64,000 bases of DNA. It comes from Paraspadella gotoi. Taxonomy: Eukaryota; Animalia; Chaetognatha. The DNA lies in assembly GCA_051294375.1 (NCBI GenBank), contig CM119269.1:62001-126000 (forward strand). The letters are read 5' to 3'. The notes beneath the pieces were generated by a model that made no database searches, had not been told where the DNA came from, and was given only the letters and a program-made list of their open reading frames with translations. Below are positions 52,461 through 64,000 of the stretch, one piece after another. Position 1 is the first letter of the stretch. Each line of letters opens with the position of its first letter. The position numbers were made by a program, and so were the translations under genes.

Positions 52461-53875
52461 ACCTTATAGTGAAGCGACTATTCTTTCGACTATGATTCGA
52501 CGTGACTACACGAACTTACCAATATAATCATGATATATCATGATTTTATGAATTTCATAAGCCTACCTTCATATTACTTGTAAATACACTCCTGTTTTGA
52601 CAGAGACACCTCTGCTCCTCCCCGGATTAGAGACGNNNNNNNNNNNNNNNNNNNNNNNNNGAAAGGAAGATAGAAAGATAGGTTTAGGGATGAGATAAGA
52701 AAAAGGGAAGAGAGGAAGAAGGAAAAGAAAAGAGAGGAGAAGGAAAGAAAGAAGGGAGATAGGAAAAGGGAAAGCGGAAATATGGGGGGAGATGAAAGGA
52801 AACGAAAAAAAGAAAAGAAAAGAAAAGAGTAAAAAGAAAAAAAATAAGAAAATTTAAAAGAGAAATTGTATGGAGAAGAAAAACATTTTAAAAAAGAAAT
52901 GAATAAAAAAAGAAGTTAGAAAGAAAATAAATAAATGAAATAAATTAATATTTATTACTTTTCCGATTTTCGTTTACATATATTTCTTATTTTCTTTTTT
53001 TACATTTCGTATCATCTTTTATATTTTTCCTTCTATCGAGACAAAAGTCACGTGACCGAGAATCGCGACTAAGAATACGAATTTCGTCGACGGGTTTCAC
53101 GTCGTTGTTGTTGTTGTTGTTGTTATCGTCGTCGTCGTCGTCGTCATCGTCGTCATTTTCATCATTAGAGACAAGAAAAAAATTCACTAAATTAAACTAA
53201 AATATATTACTGGAATTATTGTGTTAAATGAAAAAAAATAACCCAAATATTATGCCATCAGCAGTAGCTGCTCTATCAATGATGATGACTAAAGTTTTTC
53301 TTTTTCATTTCCCACATTTTCACAATGTAAAATATCTATCATTCTGTACTTGTGATGCCAGAACGATTACCACCATCATTGTCATCTCGCTGATCTCTGA
53401 CACTGAAGCAGATTTTCTGATATCATTGTCATCATCGTCATCATCTGTATCTTCACCTCTGACATAGTATCTAATTCTTCATCATCGTTGTCGTCTTCTT
53501 CCTCTTCTTCTTCCTCCTCCTCCTNNNNNNNNNNNNNNNNNNNNNNNNNNNNNNNNNNNNNNNNNNNNNNNNNNNNNNNNNNNNNNNNNNNNNNNNNNNN
53601 NNNNNNNNNNNNNNNNNNNNNNNNNNNNNNNNNNNNNNNNNNNNNNNNNNNNNNNNNNNNNNNNNNNNNNNNNNNNNNNNNNNNNNNNNNNNNNNNNNNN
53701 NNNNNNNNNNNNNNNNNNNNNNNNNNNNNNNNNNNNNNNNNNNNNNNNNNNNNCTCTCTTCTTCTCTAATTACGCCCCCTTGTTCTTCGCCTTTCTCCTC
53801 TTTTTTTCCCTTTTTTTTCTTTTCTCTGATTTTACTTATTGTTCGTTGTCTCTCTTTTTTGTCTCCCTTTATTTC

Positions 53876-54240
53876 TAGTTGCGCCGCGAGTACTCGCGGA
53901 GCAACTCTATAAGCCACTTTTCGGTCGGTCGGTCGGTCGGTCCGTCGTATGTCTGTCCGTCGGTCTGTCCCACTTACGTTAAAAATGCTCATAACTTGCA
54001 TATGGTTAGTTGCTCGATGCTCATTTGTTAAGAAGGAAAAATCCTCAAATTTAAATGGTTACTAGCGACGCCTTCAGGAAATCCTAAAATCCTAAATCCT
54101 GAAACTATTACAAACAAAAGACGGAATTCGTGCAGTGCGTGTAATAAATACTTGGGCTAAGAAAGTTATTGTTATCAAGTAGTCATTTTATGTCATATCA
54201 TGTCACAAAAAATACACGGGATAAGGCAGTCACTGCGGCG
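53876..54240 (+). mobile_element. HINE/DINE-1-like element, best-preserved 5' end
   Basis: Palindrome AGTTGCgCCGCGAGT|ACTCGCGGaGCAACT, then ctataag, then (CGGT)n/(GTCC). Ends at gcagtcactgcggcg, the 3' subterminal inverted repeat, where it is truncated. Confidence 0.75.
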
Positions 54241-57200
54241 TTTCTCTTACTCATCTCCTCGTTTACAGATGGCCTCCCCCCTGCAAACAATGTTTCTCCA
54301 GTTTCCCTGGGATTCATCTGTGACTTTCCAACTCTGCGAATCTAATCAAACCGAACGGACTTGCCAGTTGGGGTCTCGAAAAACAATCTTCTGACCTACA
54401 GGTGATTGGAAACTGACCTCATACCTACTGCGGCTGAAATTGAAAGCTACTGCTGGTGCAGCCTCCTGTTCCTGCCGTCGCTTTATTATGTTGTTGCTAC
54501 AGCCCGCCATGGCTGATTGCGAGTTAATTTTCTTTCCAATTTCAGCTGCTGTAATATTGCAGCTGTGTGCCTATAATTTGGAGGCATCTGATGCATTTTC
54601 TGCTATTTTCTGTTTTTGCTGCTCTTCGTGGTGTCAAAGAGATTGAAAAAAAAATAAAAAAAGTTTTCGGGTTTTTTTGTTAAAGAGGAAAAATCGATTA
54701 ATTGTGCGTTTTTCGAAAAAATTATCAGACTTCGGATTTCTGATACATTCCTTGATTGATGTCGTCGTCGTTATCATTCGTTTCGTCTTTATCCGTCCGT
54801 TGTCTCGTCGTTCTCTCTCGTTGTCAAAAATCGTCGTCGTCGTCCTTCTTTCGCCCTTATTCCCGGGATCAACCAATTTGAGTCAACAAATTTATTAAGA
54901 ACTTGCCTTCGCTTCGTTGGTGAAGGAGAGAGAGAAACGACAATGAGCGAGCGGGGCACGGACGCAGTGATGAGAGAAGGAGCTGGAAGAGAGGTGAGAG
55001 TGGAGAAATGAGGACAAGACGCGGGACGCCGGCATGACCTGAGTAGAGAGAGAGATGAGAGATAGAGACGGGAGAGGAAGGATGCGAACGACCAGGGGAT
55101 GATGAGGAGATTGAAAGAGGCAAAGGTGGGGGAGAAGTGACACGACGTAGAGAGTGATACCGATGATGAGAGAGATAGCGGAGCAGGAGAGGAGAGAGTA
55201 GCAGGGAGCCAGGAGAGAAGAGAGAGAGAGATGACGAAGAGAGAGCAGGCAGATGAGGAGAAGTTGAAGTCAACTCTTAATATCAACTCAGAACTAAAAA
55301 ATATCGGAATATTTGTATCGACGTTACGATGAGAGAAGTGAAGGGGAAAAGCGTATAGAGGAGAGAGGACGACTGAAGAGAGATGAAGGAGAGAGAGAGA
55401 GAAGAGGAGAGAGAGAGACGGGAGAAGAGAGAGTGAGAGAGAGAGAGAGACTAACGAGAGAGAGGAGAAAAAGAGAGAGAGAGAAGTTGAAGTCAACTTC
55501 CGTAATATCAATCAGAGACTAAAAATATCCCGGGCCAAATTTTTATTTCGTACCCATTGAGAGATGAGAGAAGAGTGAGAAGAGGAGAGAGAGAGCAGAA
55601 AGAGAGACGAAGAGACGAGAGAGAGAAAACGCGAGAAATCACCTTTTCTCTCTTTCGCACCTCTTCTTCCTCTTCCTTCTTTTCTTCTCGCCCTCCTTCT
55701 CTCTCCTTCCCCCTCTCTCTCTCCCCCCTTCTCCCTCTCTCTCCGCAGACCTTTCGCCTTCTCTCCCACAACGGGCAAAACCATCGACAAGACCGTCGAC
55801 TTGCACAAATACCTTCCAAAGAAGATCGCGTCCAAGACGTCGCTCTTCCCCATCAAATTCCACTTCTCTCCATCAAATGATGCGCAGTTCGAAGACGCGG
55901 GATTTACAAGTGCTTCCAAACTTGCTTCCAAAGTGAGGAAAGAGGGAGGGAGGGAGGCGAGGGAGAGAGGAAGAGAGAGAGGTAAGAAAGGGAGAGAGGA
56001 AGAGAAGGAGGGAGGCGAGAAAAAGAGGGAGGGAGGAGCAAGATTTACAAGTGCTCCAACTTGCTTCAAGTGAGGAAAGAAGAAAAAAAAAACGTAACTT
56101 AGAGTAGATTTAGTACATTATCTCTGTTTTTTAATTGAACAAAATTTCCATATAAACTTCAATATAAATTTGTCATGTATTCCTCTTCAGTTATGTTTAA
56201 ATCGTGATCGGTCGTCCGCGTTGCCTGCCCCGACTTACCTTGGAATCTCCCGAAACTTTACCGAGTTCAGGTAAGTTTATTTCGTGAGAATGATTCGCTT
56301 CTGCTTCATAAATTATTTTGTAAATTAATACAAATAAAGCTTATATAGGAACAATAATGATATGAGGTTTCATTCGTCTCATGGGTTAAATAATTAAATA
56401 TACAAAAGAATTGACGGAAATGTATATTCAAACATATTATTATTTATTTATATATTTATTAAATGAATGGAAAATTTTTATATTTGGTTTGTACCCAATT
56501 CAAATGGCAAATGACTCGGGCTTCATGCTAATAATCACCTTATTACTAAAAATCAATATATTACAAAATGATAATATATTTTACAATTATTATTAAAACT
56601 TTCCCTGTCTCTACATTTACAGTCAGCTGTGCAAGTCAGATACGCTGGTTCACCTCAGCCAAGGATTAAAATGGCTTCGAGGAAATCGGACTGTCTTGGT
56701 CACACGGAGTCAAAATCCAGACCTGCAACGTCCATTCAGCAATGACTATTGGAGGCAGAAGAGGAAGGAAGAGTGAGGTTGAGAAGAGAAAGGAAGGAAT
56801 GTCAATTCATGCGCCATTGCAACGTCCAATGAGAAAGAAGAATGCAAGGAAGGAATGTCAATTCATGCGCCATGCCACGGTCCATTGAGAAAAGTAATGC
56901 TAGGAAGAATGTCCAAATTCATTGCGCCATGCCCGTTCCAGTTGAGAAATGAATGCTAAGAGAATGTCAATTCATTGCGCCATGCCACGTCCAGCGAAGA
57001 ATGAATGCAAGAAGAATTGTCCAATTCATTGCGCCATTAGCCACGTCCGGTCAGGATTGTTCCTCTTTTATTGCAATTTTTCGGACGTTCCTTTTGAGAA
57101 TTTTTCCTCAAATGTCATCCAAATTTTCAAACTTAAAAAATATTATCTTACTTAATTAAATGTGTTTTTAAAAAAAAGGAGAGATTTTCACTGTCAACTT

Positions 57201-58006
57201 TTATGATCCGATCTCCGAAATCCTTTTTCCATCTAACCTGTTTTCACTGTACGCACCTTTTTTGGGTGTTACGTGAATTTTTTTTTTTTTTTGCCGAACT
57301 TTTTTTTAAAAGGGAAAATGAAGTCTTTATGGGAAATGGTGGACCAGAAAATCGTTAAGGCTGAAAAGACCTTACCTTGATTGGGGGGAGAAAGAGAGAG
57401 GGAGGAATGGAGAGGTAGGGAGGAAAGGGAGAAAAAGAGAGAGGGAGGAAGGGAGAAAGGAGAAGGGGAAGCAAGGAGAGAGTGAGGAAAGGAGAGAAGA
57501 AAGGAAAGGGAGGAAAGAAGGAAAGGAAGGAATAGAGGAAAGGAGAGGAGAGAGGAAAGGGAGGAAAAGAGATAGGGAGGAAAGGAGGAAAGGAGAGAGG
57601 GAGGAAAGAGGAGGAAAAGAGAAGGAGGAAGGAAAAGGGAGGAAAGGAGAGAGGCAGGGAAAGGAGGAGGAGAAAGGAGAGAGGAGGAAAGGGAGGAAAG
57701 AGGAGAGAAAAAAAGAAAAGGGAGGAAAGGAAGAGGGAGGAATTAGGAGGAAAGGAGAGAGGGAAAGAAAGGAGAGACGGAGGAAAGGGAGAAAAAGAGA
57801 GAGGAGGGAAAGGAGGAAAGGAGAGAGGGAAAGAAAAGTAGTTGGGAGATGGACGGGAAAAAGAGAAAGGACGATTGGATGAAGGTAAAGGAAAGGGAAA
57901 GGAAAATGTGAATCACCTCAACCTGATTTGGCCGAAGGAATGGGACGACAGGGAGAAGAGGGAAAAGAAAGTGATAAGATGAAAGAGAGATGAAAGAGAG
58001 AAGAGA

Positions 58007-58039
<33 letters not shown>

Positions 58040-60471
58040 GAAGAAGAGAGACGAGAAAGAGAGAGAGAGAGAGAGAGAGAAAAAGGAAAGATTAGAAAAC
58101 GACTTATGGTTTTATTTAAAGAGAGGAATGCCTTTTTCTTGATTTAGAGTAGGAAAAAGGAGAAGAGGTGAAGACCTTAACTTAATGGGGAAGAAAGAAA
58201 GGAGGAAAACAAGACCTACCCTGAATAAAGTTTAAGGAAAAAAGTGAGAGGAGAAAGAATAAACTGCTTGTGCTTGGTGGAAAAGATTTTTGAAAAACGG
58301 AGATCAACTTACTTTTTTCCCGATTGGTTCGTCAAACCAAGCAAGCAATACAAGCAAATTCAAAAGAATTATTACCAATCCCAATAAAATTTCGGAGCAA
58401 TAACATCACAAAAATGGGTGATCCGAGTTTTTTACGTCGATTTAAAAAATCCAAAATGGTGACTGGAATATAAATGAATTATTTAATCCAAAATTAAACA
58501 AAAGGAAAAAAGGAAATAAAAAGTAAAAAAAAGGAAGAAAAAAGGAAAAAGGAAGCAGAATGTGACAGAAAAAGGAATGTGAAGCAATGAAGAGGGAAAA
58601 AAGGGTTGGAAAGGCTAACTCGAAAATTTGAAGCCAAAAATAGGGAAAAGTTGCACAGGTATTAGTGCTCATATGATGAGAGCAGGAGAGAGAGAGGAGA
58701 GAGAGGAGAGAGAGAGAGGCAGAGAGAGTAGGAGAAGGAGACCGTAAGAGAGAGAGAGAGAGAGAGAGAGTGCGTCAATGGGCTCGTTCGCCGAACAATC
58801 ATTTCGAATTTGACGTGCGAAGTTCGGAAGCAAAGGATAATAGGATGAATTCAAATGCCTACGTAATTCAGTTTACTTAAAGTAAAATTTATGTATTTAG
58901 AAACTTATTTATTATAGTTATATATAGCCTTCAAAATATTATTACATTGAACTTATTTCAACATGTTGCAAAATAGAGGGATATTACTTAAAATTATTTT
59001 TTTTCAATCATGATTTTAAGGAGTTTTGTGGTTAAAAATGGAAGACTATTTTAGAAAAAGTTCCATTCAACCCTACTAAAAGAGGAGGAAAAAAATAGGT
59101 AAAAGAAAAAAGTGAAGAGAAAGAAAGAGGAGTAAGAAGGAGGAGAAAGAAGAGAGTAAAGAAAGGAGAGGAAAAAGAAATAGGAAAGCATGGACGATAA
59201 AAGAAAAGGAAAAATATTTTCAAAGAAAAAAGAAGAAGAGAGAAAGAAGAGGAGAAAGAAAAAAAGGGAGGGAGAGAAACTCAAAAAGAGAAGTAAAAAA
59301 AAAGAAGGAATAGAAGAGCGATAAAAGAGGGCCAAAAGAGAAGGGAATAGAAAGGTACGCGAACATAGGGGACGAGGAAATGAAGATAAGAAAAAGAGGG
59401 GCAGAAGGAAAGGGGAAGCGAAAAGCGGGCAGCTCGTTCTGTTGTGGAATTTCGTTTCTCAAAAGATTTTTATGTTCCTTTCAAAAAAACGAACGAATAA
59501 AATCGGACAAAGAAAAGACAGAAACGAAAGGGCGAGAGAGATAGAAAAGACAGAAACTGTCAAAAAAAAAAATATAAAACCAGCTAACAAGTGACTTGTT
59601 GGACACAAAAGAGATAAAATGTTAAAAAAGATTTTTAAATATGAAACAAACTTGTTACAATTTTTTATTCACCTTTTAGGGAGACAAGGAAGTCTCTGAA
59701 GATCAAGGCTTTAATTTAAAATAAATATTATGTACTTTCCAATAAATAATTTGTTTTTTTTTTTATACTATTGGCATGAAAAGACCAAATCAAAACTATT
59801 AACTACTAAATCTTTCTGCCAAAATCATGGACTCTGAAAACAAATAATGGACCCAATTAATTATATTCAACGGTTGAAATATAAAGTATCGAAAAAAATA
59901 TAAAACTATAACAGAAAAAATAAGGAGACAAGCACTGGACATAAACAGACCATAATGGACCATATCTACAAGACGGGACGATAAAACAAGACATATACAA
60001 TAGACAGGACATAGACTGGACATAGGACATGGACATAGACTGGACATTAGGACATGGACATTGACTGACATAAACAGAAAAAGCAATTAAGATTTCGTGA
60101 AGCTGAAAAAGAGAAGCAATGAAGAAGCATGGGAAACGAGTTTCTGCTTCTTCGGGTTACCTTCAAGATTGAACGATTGATTTTTTCGACGGAGAGGATC
60201 AATGGGGAAGGAAGAGAGGAAGGGGGAGGGAGTGAAAGAGGAAGAAGGGGAAAAAGGAAGGGGAGAATGGGAGAATGGGAGTATAGGAGAATGAGAAAAG
60301 GGCAAAAAAAGTGAGGGGAGAAAAAAAAAATAGTAAAGCCGAGTCATCAGTATTCATGCATTCGTGCCCAAGAAATGTTGAAAAAAATTTTGGCAAGATC
60401 GATTTTTGATCGGAGAAAGGAAAGAGAAAAGACGATGATAAAGAGAGAGAGAGAAGAGAGGAGAGGAGAGG

Positions 60472-60510
<39 letters not shown>

Positions 60511-62520
60511 TAGAGAAGAGAGAGAGAGAAAATGAGCGGTCAGTCGATCGAACTGTTGTTGATATTTGGGCTTCAGATTTTGTTTATGGTTTTCTGTAGA
60601 TTGCTATTAGCACTACTTATAACAAATATATACATATACAGTTTGCAATACAATAATCGCAAAACAATCCATCAATCTCCAACCATTTCTTTCTCCCCCC
60701 CCCCAGACAGCCCGCTCTCCCCCTGACCTCAAGCCATCGCCGGCTCCTACCGACAAATCCAGCGTGCTCCTTTAGTCAGTACTCCTTCAACCGCCGTCTC
60801 ATACTCACTTCGGCGAGAAGTCTTCAATGGCTTTCCGTCAACTCACGATTTATGGAACTTTCAAACTTTACCCCGCGCTCATCTTGTGGATACAAGAGGA
60901 CTCCAGTTAGAGGGCGGAGAGGAGGAAGTGGGGAGGGGGAAGGGGAGGAGGAAGAGAGGGGAGAGGAAAGCAGGAGAGAGGGGGGAAAGGAGAGAAAGAG
61001 GAGGGGGGAGATGGAAAGAGGGAAAGGAGGGGGAGAGGAAAGCAGGAAGAGGGAGGGAGAGGAAAGAGAAGAGGAGGGGGAAGATGGAGAGGATAGAGGA
61101 GGGGGGAAGGAAAAGGAAGAGGAGGGGAAAAGGGGGAGACGGAAGGAGGGAGGAAGCGGACAAAGAAGAGAGAGAAGAGGGGTGAGAGGAGTGAAGGAAG
61201 GAAAAGGATTAGAGACGGAAAGGAGCATAAGGAGAAAGAAGGTTTAGCGGATGAGATAAGAAAAAAGGGAAGAAGGAAGAAGGAAAAGAAAGAAGAGGAG
61301 AAGGAAAGAAAGAAGGGAGAAGGAAAGGGAAAAGCGGAAAATATGGGGGGAGATGAAAGGAAACGAAAAAAAGAAAAGAAATAGAAAAGGAGTAAAAAGA
61401 AAAAAAATAAGGAAAATGTAAAAGAGAAATTGTATGGTAGAAGGAACAAACATTTAAAAAAGAAATGAATAAAAAAAGAAGTTAGAAAAAAATAAATAAA
61501 TGAATAAATTAATATTTATACTTCCGATTTTCGTTTACATATATTTCTTATTTCTTTTTTACATTTTCGTATTCATCTTTTATAATTTTCCTTCTATCGA
61601 GGACAAAAGTCACGTGACCGAAGAAATCGCAGACTAAGAATACGAATTCGTCGAGCGGGTTCACGTCGTTGTTGTTGTTGTTGTTGTTTATCGTCGTGCG
61701 CGTCGTCGTCGTCAATCCGGTTCGTCATTCATCATTAAAGAGACAAGAAAAAAGATTCACTAAATTTAAAACTTAAAAATATCATTAACTGAATTAATTG
61801 TGTTTTAAATGAAAAAAAAACCCAAAAATATTATGGCTTTTGCATTTCTTATGCCATCAGCAGTAGCTGCTCTATCAATGATTGATGACTAAAGTTTTCT
61901 TTTTCATTTTCCCACATTTCACGAATGGAAAATATCTATCATTCGGTACTGTGATTGCCATCATTATCATCTCGCTGATCCTGGGACACGAAGCAGATTT
62001 TCTGATATCATTGTCATCATCGTTCAGCATCTGTATTTCACCTCTGACATAGTATCTAATTCTTCATTCACGTGATCGTCTTCTTCCTTTCTTCTTCCTC
62101 CTCCTCCTCTTCCTCCTTCTCACCTTGACTTCCCCCTTGATACGAATCGGAATCTCAATAAAATCATTGACTCTCTCTCGTCTGCTCTCTCCTCTCTCTC
62201 TCTCTCGCTCTCCTCTTCTCTCTCTCTTTCTCTCTTCTTTCTCTAATTACGCCCCCTTGTTCATTCGCCTTTCTCCTCTTTTTCCCTTTTTTCTTTCTCT
62301 GAATTTTACTTTATTGTTCGTTGTCTCTCGTTTTTGTCTCCTTTATTTCTTAGTTGCGCCGCGAGTACTCGCTGAGCAAACTCTAATAAGCCACTTTCTC
62401 GTTAGTCGGTCGGTCGCCGGTCCGTCGTATGTCTGTCCGTCGCTGTTCCCACTTACGTTTAAAAATTGCTCATACACTTGCATATGGTTAGATGCTCGAT
62501 GCTCATTTGTTTAAGATAGG
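54241..62520 (+). repeat. Locus copy 4: indel-rich duplicate from just before exon A through exon E to the HINE
   Basis: Exon A 54269-54401, B ~55749-55932, C ~56191-56270, D ~56622-56773, E 60711-60906. 61240-62520 repeats 52661-54035. Confidence 0.88.
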
Positions 62521-62644
62521 AACAAGTTTGAGCAAACAATGTCGGATCGCCTACGATAATTAATTAATTAATTGATTAATTAATTAATTAATAGATAATT
62601 ACATTAATAAATAGATTAAATTAATTAGATTAATTATAATATTT

Positions 62645-62730
62645 TCAAGCTTGTCACATCGATGTCCTTAGAAAATTGAGTCAGACATTATTAAATGGGT
62701 TTTGTTTACATTTTATCAAACAAACCAAAT
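62645..62730 (-). repeat. Dispersed repeat, inverted homologue of ~28175-28260 and ~35625-35710
   Basis: catcgatgtccttagaaaattgagtcagacattattaaatgggttttgtttacattttatcaaa matches the reverse complement of the sequence downstream of the 3' LTR. Confidence 0.7.
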
Positions 62731-63616
62731 ATCCTTATTATCGAGCCAGGCGAGGCAAAAGCCCGTCCTGAGTCTCGATTTTTTTTCGGTTGAGCTTTCG
62801 GGTCTCGCTTTTTTTCAATCATGGCTTCTGAAAGTGTTATATCATAGGGAGTTGAATTTTCATAATAGGCTGTCTAATCATAAGCATCTTTTAAAATTTC
62901 TCATGTTTCATATCAAATTGTACGGGATTTGTTTATGTTTATTTACAAAACAAAAAACCGTTTATATATTGCTCGCTTCTCGCTCTCTGTCTCTTTTTCC
63001 GTCACTGCTTCTTCTAAAAACGAGTTCCGCTCTGCAAGCGTTGTCCAAGCTTCTTTCTCTCTCTCGCTCTCTTCTCTCTCTCTCTCTTTTTTTTAAAGCA
63101 AAAACATTTTTTAGATATAATGTGGGTTTCACTAATGGTTAAAAAACGATGCCACGGAACAGGGCGCTGAACCCGGCGTTGCCTTTTGGGTAGAGAATAA
63201 GCTCACGTACGTGCGGGCGCCATAAGTACTGCTGATTCTTTAACGGAGTAAAGGCTGTAGAGGGCTTTCTCTCTCTCTCTCTCTTTTAATTATTATTATA
63301 TCGCTCTTTTCGCTTCTCTTTTCTCTGCAGCGGGCTGTCTCTCTCTCTCCTCTCTTTTTCTCTCTTCTCTCTCTGTCTCTCTGTCTCTCTGTGGTCTGTC
63401 CCTATACTGTCCGATTCTTTTGCTGATCGTTTGTTTAAAAATTCGAATTATTTTTTTCCTCCTTCTAAAAACTTTTTATTATTGCCATTTATTCCGCGCT
63501 TTTTTCAATACAAAATCCCATATTTTCATCCGAGATTTTCGTGGATTTTATTTCTCTTTCTTTTCTTCTCTCTCCTCTCTCTTCCTTCCTCTTTCTCTCT
63601 CTCTCTCTTTTCTTTC

Positions 63617-63663
<47 letters not shown>

Positions 63664-63699
63664 TTCACTCATAACACGCATGTTTTGTTGTTTTATTGG

Positions 63700-63920
63700 A
63701 CTATGCATCGCATCAATGAAATGACAATCATCGCGATCAAAATTGAATGACAATCATCGCATCACTGAATGACTAATCATCACACATGAATGACTATCAT
63801 CGCATCAATAAATTGATATCATCGAACCAATTAATTTCAATTCCTAATTACATTCAATAAATTACTATTACATCAAATCAATTAGTATTACCTCAAATCA
63901 ATTACTAGTACATCAGACAA
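63700..63920. repeat. Degenerate short tandem repeats (atgacaatcatcgcatca; aattactattacatcaa)
   Basis: Directly visible. Confidence 0.75.
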
Positions 63921-64000
63921 TTCGTTATCGCATGATTCATTCGGTTTTTTTCCCCCAGGTTTTTTCATTAATTTTCTATTGATAGTGGGCTCTGGCTCGC

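Noticed and set aside
63944-64000. Strong acceptor ttttttttcccccag followed by GFFINFLLIVGSGS as the Ig gene transmembrane exon
   Set aside because: Only 42 bp are visible, and the open frame (phase 1) does not match exon E's phase-0 donor.

Overview
This is eukaryotic (most likely invertebrate metazoan) draft-assembly sequence. It is AT-rich, CpG-retaining, extremely microsatellite-rich and contains many N gaps. Almost all ORFs in the supplied track are simple-repeat artefacts. The supportable biology is: (1) five spliced + strand exons of an immunoglobulin-superfamily gene (a V/I-type domain followed by a C-type domain), best preserved at 31404-41710. (2) A 1.8-kb LTR retroelement with TG..CA LTRs and only a degenerate BEL/Pao-type gag (three zinc knuckles, no pol), inserted in a (GA)n tract. 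It lacks a tRNA primer-binding site and instead has a sequence complementary to its own LTR. (3) A ~4.1-kb intronic segment carrying that element, present in two copies of the locus and absent from the other two. (4) DINE-1/Helentron-like (HINE) elements, a 632-bp fold-back MITE, a tRNA-derived SINE head and minisatellites. The Ig cassette occurs four times between 22.4 and 62.5 kb. The copies differ mostly by scattered 1-bp indels, and most junctions are exactly-25-N gaps, so the array is more likely a long-read gap-filling artefact than a real receptor cluster. All alignments were done by eye and no database search was run.
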